Shown here piece by piece: positions 34,039 to 43,934 of a DNA stretch of 64,000 nt (the first letter of the stretch is position 1; every line of letters starts with the position of its first letter). The DNA lies in assembly GCA_964463245.1 (NCBI GenBank), contig CAYXBU010000001.1, positions 36,554 through 100,553 of the forward strand, read 5' to 3'. The position numbers and the translations under genes were made by a program. Under the pieces are notes generated by a model. That model did not search any database. It worked only from the letters and a program-made list of their open reading frames with translations, and was not told where the DNA came from. Origin of the DNA: an uncultured Clostridium sp. (GTDB lineage: Bacteria; Bacillota; Clostridia; Oscillospirales; CAG-272).

Positions 34039-36114
34039 TCAGTCGCTATCCCTCTCGTCCTCATTGCCGCCGTTCTCACCGTCGGTTCCGAGGGCCTCCT
34101 CGTGTCGCCGACGTGCCTCATCGGCACGAGCCTGCGCCTCGTTGGCGGCCTTGCTCATGCGCTCCCGCTCGGCGGTGATCTCGTCCAGCATCTCGACCGT
34201 CGGGAACTCGGCATCCATAGCCGCCTTGAACAGGTCACCGTCCATATCCTCATGATCCAGCAGGTACTGCGCAATGAAGTGCAGCTTGTGGATGTGGGTG
34301 GTCAGGAGCTCCTTGGCCTTGGCATAGGCCTCGGTGATCAGGACATGGATCTCGCGGTCGATCTGCGCGGCGGTATCCTGCGAGTAGTCGGCGTTGGAGG
34401 AGAAGTCACGACCCAGGAACACCTCGTTCTGGTCTGAGCCGAAACGGCGGGGACCCAGAAGCTCAGACATACCGAACATGGTGACCATGCGCTTGGCGGT
34501 GTCGGTCGCGTTCTTGATGTCGGAGTAGGCTCCGCTGGTCACATCCCCGAAGATGATCTCTTCGGCGGCACGACCGGCCAGTGCCATGGCGATCTCGGCT
34601 TGATACTCGTGCTTATACATCTGGTTGCGGTCGGCATCCGGGCGGAAGCTGGTGAAGCCCAGCGCACCCTTGCCGGTCGGCACGATGGTGATCATGTGCA
34701 CGGGGTCAAGATTCAGGAGATAGCCCACGATGGCGTGTCCTGCCTCGTGGTAGGCGGTGTTCTTCTTCTCCTGGTCGCTCATGACCCAGGACTTCTTCTT
34801 GGGACCCATGAGGATCTTGTTGAGGGAATCCTCGATCTCGGGCATACCGATCAGGCTCTTGGAGCGGCGTGCGGCCAGCAGAGCCGACTCGTTCAAGAGG
34901 TTGGCGAGGTCTGCACCGGTGAAGCCGACGGTAGCTTTCGCCACCACCGAGAGGTCAACCCCCGGCTCCAGGGGCTTGTTGCGGGCGTGTACTTTGAGGA
35001 TGTCCTCGCGTCCCTTGAGGTTGGGGCGGTTGACCGAGATCTGACGGTCGAAGCGTCCGGGACGGAGCAGGGCAGGGTCAAGCACGTCTGCGCGGTTGGT
35101 GGCGGCGATGACCACGATGCCGTCATGGGAGCCGAAGCCGTCCATCTCCACCAGCAACTGGTTCAGGGTCTGCTCGCGCTCGTCGTGACCGCCGCCGAGA
35201 CCCGTGCCGCGCTGACGGCCGACGGCATCGATCTCATCAATAAAGATGATGGCATTGCCGGCCTTGCGGGCGGTCTCAAACAGGTCACGCACGCGGGAGG
35301 CACCCACGCCGACGTACATCTCCACGAAATCCGAGCCGGAGATGGAGAAGAAGGGAACCCCCGCCTCGCCTGCAACGGCCTTGGCCAGCAGGGTCTTACC
35401 GGTTCCGGGAGGGCCCATCAGAAGGACACCGTGGGGGATCTTAGCCCCCAGACGGGCGAATTTCTGCGGATCCTTGAGGTATTCCACGATCTCGACCAGC
35501 TCGGCCTTCTCCTCGTCCGCACCCGCCACGTCGCGGAAGGTGACGCGGTTCTTCTCATCGGGCAGCTTGACATGGGACTTGCCGAAGCTGTTCATACGGC
35601 CGCCGGGGCCGCCTGCGTTCATCATGGACTTCATGGCGCGCCAATACAGGAAGATCAGCACCACGACCAGGATGATACCGGGCAGGTAGGCCAGCCAGGC
35701 GGGGATGGACTCAGCCGGCTCGTACTCGGCCTTGGTGATGACACCGGAGGCGATCTGCTCATTGATCAGCTCGCCCAGATCCATGTGGAAGTAATCCACC
35801 CGTGCCAGCTTGTAGCTTTTCTTGATCAGGTCGGGAGACCCGTCCTTCTTGGTCTTGTAGATGCGGTTGCCGTCCTCGTCTAAATTAGGCTCACCATTTT
35901 CGTCGGTCTCGAACTGGTAGAGGGACAGGGTGAGCTTGTTCTTGTTGTTGATCTCAAACTCACATACCTCCTCCTTCTGGAAGTAGGAGATGACCTTGTC
36001 GTAGGTGATGACCTCGGTTTGACTGGATGTGCCTCGGTAGATCATGGTCACGATACCGACGATGACCACGATCGCCAGCACGTAGCCGATGATGACCTTC
36101 ATTTTACTCTTCAT
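34039..36114 (-). CDS. ftsH: ATP-dependent zinc metalloprotease FtsH
   Basis: ORF 34039-36183. Start set at ATG 36114 (GGAGGAG RBS). TM, periplasmic loop, TM. AAA core [23 protein letters not shown]. Zn site HEAGHAIV. Confidence 0.97.
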   Translation of the reverse strand: MKSKMKVIIGYVLAIVVIVGIVTMIYRGTSSQTEVITYDKVISYFQKEEVCEFEINNKNKLTLSLYQFETDENGEPNLDEDGNRIYKTKKDGSPDLIKKSYKLARVDYFHMDLGELINEQIASGVITKAEYEPAESIPAWLAYLPGIILVVVLIFLYWRAMKSMMNAGGPGGRMNSFGKSHVKLPDEKNRVTFRDVAGADEEKAELVEIVEYLKDPQKFARLGAKIPHGVLLMGPPGTGKTLLAKAVAGEAGVPFFSISGSDFVEMYVGVGASRVRDLFETARKAGNAIIFIDEIDAVGRQRGTGLGGGHDEREQTLNQLLVEMDGFGSHDGIVVIAATNRADVLDPALLRPGRFDRQISVNRPNLKGREDILKVHARNKPLEPGVDLSVVAKATVGFTGADLANLLNESALLAARRSKSLIGMPEIEDSLNKILMGPKKKSWVMSDQEKKNTAYHEAGHAIVGYLLNLDPVHMITIVPTGKGALGFTSFRPDADRNQMYKHEYQAEIAMALAGRAAEEIIFGDVTSGAYSDIKNATDTAKRMVTMFGMSELLGPRRFGSDQNEVFLGRDFSSNADYSQDTAAQIDREIHVLITEAYAKAKELLTTHIHKLHFIAQYLLDHEDMDGDLFKAAMDAEFPTVEMLDEITAERERMSKAANEAQARADEARRRHEEALGTDGENGGNEDERDSD

Positions 36115-36247
36115 GAGACTCCTCCGATCCGTGTGCGGTCTTTTCAAATATTGAATACAATCATACGGTATGAAGTATAGCACACGGCTATGAATTTTTT
36201 ATGACTCTGTGTGAAAAACCCTGTGAAGGTTTGCGGAAAAGGACACC

Positions 36248-36841
36248 TTACGCCTGTGCCTCGGGGTCATAGACCGACCGCTTGAGCACCCCGACGAACG
36301 GCAGGTTGCGGTAACGCTCGTTATAGTCCAGGCCGTAGCCGACCACGAACTCGTCCGGCACCTCGGCTCCGCAGAAGTCGGGGGTGAAGACCACCTCGCG
36401 GCGGGCGGGCTTGTCCAGCAGGGTGCAGGCACGGACAGAGTGGGCATTGCGGTTGCGGAGCAGCTGGGAGAGCCGCGCCAGTGTGCGCCCGGAGTCCACG
36501 ATGTCCTCCACGATCAAGAGGTCGGTGTTCGGCAGGTCGTCGCGGTTGAGGTCAAGCGAGACCTTGATCTCGCCGGAGGACTTGGTGTCGGCACCGTAGG
36601 AGGAGACCTTCATGAATTCCAGCTCCAGCGGCAGGCGGATCTTCCGCATGAGGTCAGCGGCGAAGGGCATGGAGCCCTTCAGGATGACAAGCAGGACCAG
36701 CTGTTTGTCGCTGTCGCGGTAGGTGTCCTCGATCTCGCGGGCTAAGCGGTCGGTGATGGCCTCCAGCTCCTCTTTGGAAACGAGGATCTTCTCGCAATCG
36801 CGGCAGAGGGAGCAGGAGTCGTCAAAGATTTGTGTCGTCAT
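36248..36841 (-). CDS. hpt: hypoxanthine phosphoribosyltransferase
   Basis: 197 aa. PRPP-binding motif LLIVEDIVDSGRTL and the ELEFMKVSSYG region. Canonical position between tilS and ftsH. Confidence 0.93.
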   Translation of the reverse strand: MTTQIFDDSCSLCRDCEKILVSKEELEAITDRLAREIEDTYRDSDKQLVLLVILKGSMPFAADLMRKIRLPLELEFMKVSSYGADTKSSGEIKVSLDLNRDDLPNTDLLIVEDIVDSGRTLARLSQLLRNRNAHSVRACTLLDKPARREVVFTPDFCGAEVPDEFVVGYGLDYNERYRNLPFVGVLKRSVYDPEAQA

Positions 36842-36910
36842 GATGAGTATGGCCTTTCTGATCTGATTTCATTACGATGCCCGCAGGGCATCCGTGCACC
36901 TTGGTGCATT

Positions 36911-38353
36911 TCATTCTTCCATGCGAAAACTGATCCGTATACAGCCCCCTTCCGACGGGGTCTTCCACCCGTCCCGAAAGGCGACCGTCGGGAACCAAAG
37001 TATCTCGCCGTCGGGCAGGCATACGGCGGGGATAACATCCCGCAAATCCTGCGGAATATGATTGTCGCACAACAGCTTTTTTAGTTTTTTCGTCATGCCG
37101 TGGGAGAGGATGGTGTCCCCGGGACGGCGGCGGCGCAGGGTCAAGGGTAGCGGCAAACTGTCGGGGAAGACCGCCGATGCCGGCACATCCTCGCCCGAGA
37201 GGGGGGCGAGCGGTCGGTCAGACTGCTCTGCCGTGACGGTGAGGCGGTGACCGCCCGCGCACAGGATCGTGTCCCCGATCCGCAGGGGGATGCCTTCGGC
37301 GGGGATACCATCCGACTCGCCGTCGGTCGGGGCAGTCGCACGGGGCGGGAGAAAGCTCAGCCGCCCGTCCGTGATCCGACCGCGCCAGCTGCTCGGCAGG
37401 GTGATCTCGCTACCGCTCTGCGCGGTCTCGCAGAGGGACAGCAGGGCTTGCAGATGAGTGGCGGTCAGACTGCGCTCCCCGATGCCCTGACCTTCGGTCG
37501 CGGTGGCGTAGGCGCAGAGGAGACACCGCTTGGAGAGGGCGGGGTGGAGGCGGCACAGCTCCGCGCAGGACAGCCGCCCGTCCCCGTCGGGGTCGATCGT
37601 CGCATATTGCCGGGCGGTCTCGGCCATGAGGAAGTCATCGTCCTCCCGCGCCGCCTCGCACAGGCGGGTCGCCGTGCGCTGGGGCACTCCGGGGGCGGTG
37701 ATCTCCTCTATGAGCGGGAGAACATCATGGCGCAGCTTGTTGCGAGTGCAATCATCTGCGGCGTTGGTGCTGTCGGTGACGTAGCGAAGCCCCCGCCGCC
37801 CGCACTCGTCCAGTATCTCTCGGCGCGTGGCGGTCAGCAGAGGGCGCAGGAGCCACCCGCCCGACACCTCACGCGCGGGGGGGATGCCGCCCAGCCCGTG
37901 GACTCCGCTCCCGCGCAACAGCCGCAGGAGCAGGGTCTCCAGCTGGTCGTCTGCGTGGTGGGCGGTCAGGAGCAGGGGGATATGTCGCTCCCGCATGACA
38001 TCTTCAAACAGGGCATAGCGGGCGATCCGTGCTTCCAGCTCAAGGCTCCGCCCGTTTTGGGCGGCCAGCGTCGGAATATCCGCGTGAGCCACGACCAGCG
38101 GAACGCCCAGAGTCGCGCAGACCTCGCGGCAGAAGTGCTCGTCGCGGTCGGCCTCCGCACCCCGTATGCCGTGGTGCAGGTGTACTGCCGTCACGGGTGC
38201 CCCGACCGACCCTGCCCATTCCGTCGTCAGCTCCAGCAGGAGACGGGAATCGGCACCGCCCGAGAAGGCGACCAGAAGCGGTGTCTCGGGCGGGAGCGGG
38301 CAGAGCTTGCTCGGCGGGAGGAAGGGGAAGGACGGATCATTTGCTCGGCGCAT
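36911..38353 (-). CDS. tilS: tRNA(Ile)-lysidine synthase
   Basis: ORF 36911-38626. Start set at ATG 38353 (17-nt overlap with the dnaB end). PP-loop VAFSGGADSRLLLE. The part of the ORF upstream of 38353 overlaps dnaB in another frame. Confidence 0.9.
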   Translation of the reverse strand: MRRANDPSFPFLPPSKLCPLPPETPLLVAFSGGADSRLLLELTTEWAGSVGAPVTAVHLHHGIRGAEADRDEHFCREVCATLGVPLVVAHADIPTLAAQNGRSLELEARIARYALFEDVMRERHIPLLLTAHHADDQLETLLLRLLRGSGVHGLGGIPPAREVSGGWLLRPLLTATRREILDECGRRGLRYVTDSTNAADDCTRNKLRHDVLPLIEEITAPGVPQRTATRLCEAAREDDDFLMAETARQYATIDPDGDGRLSCAELCRLHPALSKRCLLCAYATATEGQGIGERSLTATHLQALLSLCETAQSGSEITLPSSWRGRITDGRLSFLPPRATAPTDGESDGIPAEGIPLRIGDTILCAGGHRLTVTAEQSDRPLAPLSGEDVPASAVFPDSLPLPLTLRRRRPGDTILSHGMTKKLKKLLCDNHIPQDLRDVIPAVCLPDGEILWFPTVAFRDGWKTPSEGGCIRISFRMEE

Positions 38354-39728
38354 CGTCTTCGATGGTGCGGAACTTGGTATATTTCCCGATCCAGCCCATC
38401 CGAACCGTACCGGTCGAGCCGTGGCGGTTCTTGGCGATGATGACCTCGGCGATGCTGGAGCCGCCGGAACTGTTGGGATCGGAGGATTCGTTGGTCTTGT
38501 AGTATTCGTCGCGGTATAGGAACATGACCGAGTCGGCGTCCTGCTCGATAGCACCCGAGTCACGCAGGTCGGACAGCATGGGCTTCTTGTCGGTACGGGA
38601 TTCGGGACCGCGGGAGAGCTGCGCACAGCAGATGATGGGCACCATCAGATCCTTGGCCATGATCTTCATGGCGCGGGAGATGTCGGCGACCTCCTGTACG
38701 CGGTTGTCGTTGCGGCGGTCGGATTGCATCAGCTGGAGGTAGTCGATGACCACCAGCCCCAGATTCTGCACACGGCGCAGCTTGGCCTTCATACCGGTGA
38801 CGGTGATACCGGAGGTATCGTCGATGAGGATATTGCAGGAGGCAAGGCGAGAGGCGGCCGTGGCAATGCTGCTCCAATCCTCGGGGGAGAGGGTTCCCTT
38901 GCGCAGGGCATAGCTGTCCACCAGAGCCTCGGAGGAGAGCATACGGTTGACCAACTGCTCGGCAGACATCTCCAGAGAGAAGATGCAGACCGCCTTGCCG
39001 GTCTTCTCGGCAACATTGGTGGCGATATTCAGGGCGAAGGAGGTCTTACCCATACCGGGGCGGGCGCCGACCAGTACGAGGTCGGACTTTCCCATGCCGG
39101 CCAGCACGCGATCCAGCCCGGAGAAGCCGGTGGCAAGTCCTTGGGACTCCTCGCCGTTTTGCTTCAGCTCGTTGAGGTGGGCATAGACACTGCCGATGAC
39201 CTCCTGGATATGGCGGAAGTTGCGGGTGTCTCGCCCCTGCGCGATGGCAAAGATGCGGTTCTCGGCCGAGTCCAGGATATGCGCCACGGTGTCCTGCTCG
39301 GAGTAGGCGGTGTCGGAAATATCCCCGCAGACCTCAATGAGCTGGCGCAGGATGCTCTTGTCCTTGACGATGCGGGCATAGTCCTTGATGTTCAGGGCAC
39401 TGGGCACGACATCCACCAAAGAGCGGATGTACTGTGTCCCGCCGGACTTGTCGTATACGCCCTGCTGTACCAGCATATCCACCAGCGTGACCGCATCGAT
39501 GTCCGCGCTGGCGATGAACAGCGCATGCATGGCGGCGTAGATCTGCTGATGCTCCTCTAAGTAGAAGTCAGTGGCGATCAGCATATCCCCGATCTGATTG
39601 AAGGCCTCGGGGTCGATCAGCACCGACCCCAAGAGGGATTGCTCGGCGATCAGGCTGAAGGGTACCTTGCGCTGAAGAGCCGCATCGGTACCGTCCCGAC
39701 CCATCGTCATACGAGATGGTTGATCCAT
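38337..39728 (-). CDS. dnaB: replicative DNA helicase
   Basis: 463 aa. N-terminal LIAEQSLLGSVLIDPEAF. Walker A GARPGMGKTSFALN. VVIDYLQLM and RNDNRVQEVADISR motifs. Confidence 0.96.
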   Translation of the reverse strand: MDQPSRMTMGRDGTDAALQRKVPFSLIAEQSLLGSVLIDPEAFNQIGDMLIATDFYLEEHQQIYAAMHALFIASADIDAVTLVDMLVQQGVYDKSGGTQYIRSLVDVVPSALNIKDYARIVKDKSILRQLIEVCGDISDTAYSEQDTVAHILDSAENRIFAIAQGRDTRNFRHIQEVIGSVYAHLNELKQNGEESQGLATGFSGLDRVLAGMGKSDLVLVGARPGMGKTSFALNIATNVAEKTGKAVCIFSLEMSAEQLVNRMLSSEALVDSYALRKGTLSPEDWSSIATAASRLASCNILIDDTSGITVTGMKAKLRRVQNLGLVVIDYLQLMQSDRRNDNRVQEVADISRAMKIMAKDLMVPIICCAQLSRGPESRTDKKPMLSDLRDSGAIEQDADSVMFLYRDEYYKTNESSDPNSSGGSSIAEVIIAKNRHGSTGTVRMGWIGKYTKFRTIEDDAPSK

Positions 39729-39739
39729 GTCGGTGTCTG

Positions 39740-40183
39740 TCAGCTGCAGACCAGAACGTGCAGCTTACCGACCACGTCGGTATACAGTTTGACGTCCAGA
39801 TCATACTTGCCGTAGGCGCGGATGGGGTCGGAGAGCTGGATCTTGCGCTTGTCCACCGTGATACCGTACTCCTTTTCCAGCCGTTCGGCGATCTCCTTGG
39901 AGGTGATGGAGCCGTAGAGCCGTCCGTCGGCACCACAGCTGGCGGGGATCTTGATGAGCAGGGTGTCCAGACGGGCGGCGGTAGCCTTGGCCTCGGCGGT
40001 CTCGACCTCGATCTTGTGCCGCTTGGCCTCCTCCTTGCCGCGGATGGAGTTGAGAACCGTAGCATCCGCCTCGATGGCCAGCTTACGGGGAATGAGGTAG
40101 TTGCGGGCGTAGCCGTCCGACACCTCGATGACATCATTCTTCTTTCCTTGTGCTTTTACATCCTGTAACAGTACGACTTTCAT
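39740..40183 (-). CDS. rplI: 50S ribosomal protein L9
   Basis: 147 aa. MKVVLLQDVKAQGKKNDVIEVSDGYARNYLIPRKLA. Confidence 0.97.
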   Translation of the reverse strand: MKVVLLQDVKAQGKKNDVIEVSDGYARNYLIPRKLAIEADATVLNSIRGKEEAKRHKIEVETAEAKATAARLDTLLIKIPASCGADGRLYGSITSKEIAERLEKEYGITVDKRKIQLSDPIRAYGKYDLDVKLYTDVVGKLHVLVCS

Positions 40184-40221
40184 GTGTAGTATCCTTTCAG
40201 AAACGATTCATTTTTTTGTAT

Positions 40222-42414
40222 TTATTTGCTTTTTTGGAACAGCTCGGGGTACTGGAGGCGGTACTCATCGATGGCGGCGCACAGCTGTTCGACCGCCTCC
40301 TCGACATCACCCGGCACCTGTGCACCCGCCATGTCGAAGTGGCCGCCGCCGTCCAGCTTCTCCAGAATGAGCTGGACATTGATACGCCCCTTGGAGCGGC
40401 CGGAGATGGCTACCCCTGAGCCGACCACCGCCAGCGCGAAGGAGGCCTCTACGCCGCGCAGGGAGAGCAGCTTGTCTGCCGCCTTGGAGGCCGCGATGCG
40501 ATCCTCGGGGGTGGGGGCATGGTCGGCGCTCAGCCAGGTGATGGCGAAGACATCCGCATACAGGCGGGCATGGGAGTCAAAGTCGCTGGCGACCAAAAGC
40601 TCCTCCATGCGCTCGTTGAAGAATTCGCGGGCGACTCCGGTGTGTGCTCCCCGTCCGTAGAGGTAGTACGCGACCTCAAAGGTCTGGGAGCCGGCAGAGC
40701 GGGTGAAGTTGTGGGTGTCCAGCATGATGCCGGACAGCATGACATTGGCTTCCTCCTTGTACAGAGAATCCGCATAGATGGACTGCTCCAGCATTTCCGC
40801 CACGATCTCGGAAGCGGAGGACTTGGTGGCTTCAATATAATGAAGGAAAGGCGTGAAAGGCAGCTTGCCCACCAAACGGTGGTGGTCGATGACGGCAATG
40901 GCGTGTACGCCGTCCACCATCGGGATGGCACCGTAGAGGTCGGGTGCCTCGAAGATGACCGGGTTGTTGACATCCACCAGCATCAGCACCGAGCCGGTGT
41001 TGACCAAGGAGCGGGCGGTGGCGGCGTCTATGAACACCTCGCGGTAGACCTCCAGCTTGTCCAGATGCGCGGCGCAGATGCGGAAGGTGTCGCAGGTCTT
41101 GTTGGTGACGATGTGGATGGGGACATCGGTGCGCCCCATAGCATCCAGAATACTGCGGCAGAGGCGATAGGCACCGACCGAGGCACCGATGGCATCAAAG
41201 TCGGGGTTGCTGTGCCCCATGATCAGCAGGTTCTGGCAACCCGCCAAACGACGCTCCAGCAGGTGTACCGACACGCGGGAGGAGATGGAGGTGTTGCCCT
41301 CCAGTGTCTTGTGGGTGCCGCCGTAGTAGGTCAGTCCGACCGCGCCGCGGCGTTGCAGGGCGACCTGATTGCCGCCGCGTTGCAGAGCCATGTCCAGGGC
41401 GGCACGGGCGGCGCGATCCCGCTCCTCCATGCTGCCGTCTATGTCGGCGATACCCATGGAGACCGACACGGGAAAGGTGTTGTCCCCGATCCGAATATTC
41501 ATGACCTTCCCCAGAATGGAGAACTCATCTCGGATGCACTTCTCCAGCATCTCCTCGGAGAAGAGGGCGATATAGCGGTCACGGTCATACTCGCGGATCA
41601 TGCCGTTCATGGAGGCCACCCACGTCGTCAGGGTCTCCTCAATGGTGTTGGCGGTCGCACGGTAGTTGGCGCGGACGAATTGGGTCAGTTCCTGCAGGTT
41701 GTCCAGCACGATATAGGCCAGCACCACCCGATCACGGTCGGTCTCCTCTATGAAGCGGAGCTCGTCCTCCACATCCCGGTAGAGCAGAAGGTAGTAGGTC
41801 TCGGTGCTCTGACGGAGCAGGTACGGCTCCACGCGGTAACGACGCCCGTCGGCCAACAGGACGATCGGGGTGCCGTCCCGAGAGGAACTCGTCTGCTCAT
41901 TCGGCAGGGGGACTCCATGCAGGTCGGGCAGATCTCCGTCCCCGGGGTTCCGCAGGGCAGAGAGGAGCTGCTCCCGCGGAATGTCCGGGCAGACCTCATG
42001 CAAGGGCAGGTCGCACACCGGGGAGCGAGCCCCCAGGATCTGTTGCATGGCGGCGTTGATGACCCGTACGCGACCATCGGTGTTGACCACGGCGTAGGGG
42101 ATGTCGATGACCGAGCGGAACATCCGATAAATATCGGCGGTCAGCAACTCAGCTGTGCGGAGCTTCTTGCGAGAGACGGAGATGCGTCCGACAAAGGCGG
42201 CGAAGGTGATGCCCACCGACAGGACATACATGGACAGGAAGAACACGCCGATCCGGGGCAGGTGAGAAAAGCCCAGATAGGCCAGCAGGGTATACAGACC
42301 GAGGAGCAGGAAGCCCTCGAGCGCACAGACGGCAAACGGGGTGCGGAGATCTACCCGCAGGGGGGCATCAGGGTCTTTCCGAGCGGTTTTCTTCAAGGGG
42401 GAAGGGGAGATCAT
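40222..42414 (-). CDS. gdpP: GdpP/YybT-type DHH-DHHA1 phosphodiesterase (cyclic-di-AMP phosphodiesterase family)
   Basis: 730 aa. Two N-terminal TMs, a PAS-like region and a degenerate GGDEF-like region. DHH motifs (GHSNPDFDAIGAS, VIDHHR) and DHHA1 GGGH. Canonical position upstream of rplI-dnaB. Confidence 0.85.
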   Translation of the reverse strand: MISPSPLKKTARKDPDAPLRVDLRTPFAVCALEGFLLLGLYTLLAYLGFSHLPRIGVFFLSMYVLSVGITFAAFVGRISVSRKKLRTAELLTADIYRMFRSVIDIPYAVVNTDGRVRVINAAMQQILGARSPVCDLPLHEVCPDIPREQLLSALRNPGDGDLPDLHGVPLPNEQTSSSRDGTPIVLLADGRRYRVEPYLLRQSTETYYLLLYRDVEDELRFIEETDRDRVVLAYIVLDNLQELTQFVRANYRATANTIEETLTTWVASMNGMIREYDRDRYIALFSEEMLEKCIRDEFSILGKVMNIRIGDNTFPVSVSMGIADIDGSMEERDRAARAALDMALQRGGNQVALQRRGAVGLTYYGGTHKTLEGNTSISSRVSVHLLERRLAGCQNLLIMGHSNPDFDAIGASVGAYRLCRSILDAMGRTDVPIHIVTNKTCDTFRICAAHLDKLEVYREVFIDAATARSLVNTGSVLMLVDVNNPVIFEAPDLYGAIPMVDGVHAIAVIDHHRLVGKLPFTPFLHYIEATKSSASEIVAEMLEQSIYADSLYKEEANVMLSGIMLDTHNFTRSAGSQTFEVAYYLYGRGAHTGVAREFFNERMEELLVASDFDSHARLYADVFAITWLSADHAPTPEDRIAASKAADKLLSLRGVEASFALAVVGSGVAISGRSKGRINVQLILEKLDGGGHFDMAGAQVPGDVEEAVEQLCAAIDEYRLQYPELFQKSK

Positions 42415-42449
42415 GGCGGTTCTCCTTTCGGGTGAAGTCGGGGAAGGGA

Positions 42450-43721
42450 TCAGTTCATATCCTCGGGCGGACGAACGCGGGAGAGAATGGCATCCAGGAC
42501 GGTTGCGACTGCCGCATAGGCTGCCACCAAGGGGGAGGCATACAGGAGCAGGAACGGCAGCATCAGGAGCAACAGGAAGGACAGACAGCCGCCCCGCCGA
42601 GCCGGGCGGGTGAAGATCCGCAGGACACCGATCAGAAGCAGACCGGGTTGCAGGATCAGCGAGATGTTCTGCGCCACGGTGCCGACCAGCGTGGAGTCTG
42701 GACTAGTAAGGGAGGTCACGGTCGTGATGATCGCCGCGAGCAGGAACACGACGCAGGACATGATGCTCATGCGAAGCGATCGCACCCGCCCACAGAGCGA
42801 GGTTGCATATCCGAAGGCGGACAGGCCGTTATACAGGACGACCTGGCAGAGCGCGGCGAGGATGTTGCAGAAGGCAATGGCCATGCCGGGGAAGATGTTG
42901 ATAAAGCTGTTGACGATATTCCGTGCCTCCTCCTCGGAGGGAACCGTGACGAGGACGGCCTGACCATTCGACTGCTCGGGCAGGGCATCCGCCACCTGTT
43001 GCATGAGCTCTACGATGGCACGGGAGAGGGAGGTACGCAGTTCCTCCAGCCATTCCGAGAGGTGGGTGGGAGAGAGGGTGCCTAAGTGCCGCCCCAGAAG
43101 CAGGAGCGCGACCCCGACCGTGCAGACCCCTAAGCACAGCGATGTCAGGCAGATCACGCCGACTCGCCCGGGGGCATCCTCCCGCTCGGCGGCGGCGGCG
43201 CGTGTGCCGAAGGCCAGCGCGGCGGCGGCAGGGAAGGGGAGCAGGGAGACAAGGGAGAGCAGCGGGTCACGGCAGAGGATCAGCGACAGCCCGTAGGCGG
43301 CCAGCGGGATAAAGGCTAAGCGGGAGAGCACCTGCTTTTCGGACACGGCCAGCAGGAGGGCAGAGAAGCCGACGGCGGCCGGGAGTGCAAGCACCATTGC
43401 CGAGAGCGAGAAACTGCCGCAGGTCGCGTAGAGCAGGCCGCCTATTATGAGCAGGAGGGGAGCCAACCAGCGGCAGGTCTTGCGGATACGGAACAGGCAG
43501 AACAGGATCAGAACGCACATGGCCGCCGACAGGATCTCCATGGCGACGGCGTTCAGTTGGCAGGAACCCGAGAGGTAGGACACTCCTCCCGTGAGCATGG
43601 CGGCGGACAGTGCCGTCACGATGGAGAGGAGCCACAGGGGCTGGGTCGGAAGGCCGCGCCGCGCAAGCGGCAGGGGTGTCGGGGTGGCGTCGGGAGCCGG
43701 ATTCATGTCCGGACGGGTCAT
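42450..43721 (-). CDS. YybS-like polytopic membrane protein (DUF2232-like)
   Basis: ORF 42450-43907. Start set at ATG 43721 (AAAGGAGG RBS). About ten hydrophobic spans. The position upstream of gdpP mirrors B. subtilis yybS-yybT. The family call rests mainly on synteny. Confidence 0.6.
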   Translation of the reverse strand: MTRPDMNPAPDATPTPLPLARRGLPTQPLWLLSIVTALSAAMLTGGVSYLSGSCQLNAVAMEILSAAMCVLILFCLFRIRKTCRWLAPLLLIIGGLLYATCGSFSLSAMVLALPAAVGFSALLLAVSEKQVLSRLAFIPLAAYGLSLILCRDPLLSLVSLLPFPAAAALAFGTRAAAAEREDAPGRVGVICLTSLCLGVCTVGVALLLLGRHLGTLSPTHLSEWLEELRTSLSRAIVELMQQVADALPEQSNGQAVLVTVPSEEEARNIVNSFINIFPGMAIAFCNILAALCQVVLYNGLSAFGYATSLCGRVRSLRMSIMSCVVFLLAAIITTVTSLTSPDSTLVGTVAQNISLILQPGLLLIGVLRIFTRPARRGGCLSFLLLLMLPFLLLYASPLVAAYAAVATVLDAILSRVRPPEDMN

Positions 43722-43773
43722 GGGGAAACCTCCTTTATGGCAGGAAAATGGCAGTTTATATCCATAGACTATA

Positions 43774-43802
43774 ATTATAGCATAATCTTCCGGTTTTGTA
43801 AA
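43774..43802 (-). promoter_or_regulatory. candidate promoter of the yybS-gdpP-rplI-dnaB block
   Basis: On the minus strand: TTTACA, 17 nt, TATAAT. The -10 lies inside palindrome CTATAATTATAG. Confidence 0.6.
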
Positions 43803-43880
43803 CAGGAAAACGTGTTTTTTTTCTGAAAACTGCGAGAAAGTCGTGACAGAAGACCTTTCCTTTGTCGTGCGCGGACAGCG

Positions 43881-43918
43881 CAAAAGGCGGAGCACTCCGC
43901 AGAGCACTCCGCCTTTTG
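43881..43918 (-). terminator. intrinsic terminator of the M28 peptidase gene
   Basis: CAAAAGGCGGAG ... CTCCGCCTTTTG: a perfect 12-bp stem. The loop region contains a direct duplication of GCACTCCGC. Confidence 0.65.
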
Positions 43919-43934
43919 TGGTGGTGAGGTGTAT

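Noticed and set aside
33918-34178. An 86-aa plus-strand ORF starting in the AT-rich patch after tRNA-Ser (MKIEATYIRDEIIAKEY...).
   Set aside because: It reads straight through the ftsH terminator hairpin and continues antisense to ftsH. The RBS spacing is poor and the C-terminal part is R/P-rich off-frame sequence.
36911-38626. The full 571-aa ORF as tilS.
   Set aside because: The first 91 codons overlap the 3' end of dnaB in another frame and translate to P/T/S-rich filler. The conserved TilS sequence starts after ATG 38353.
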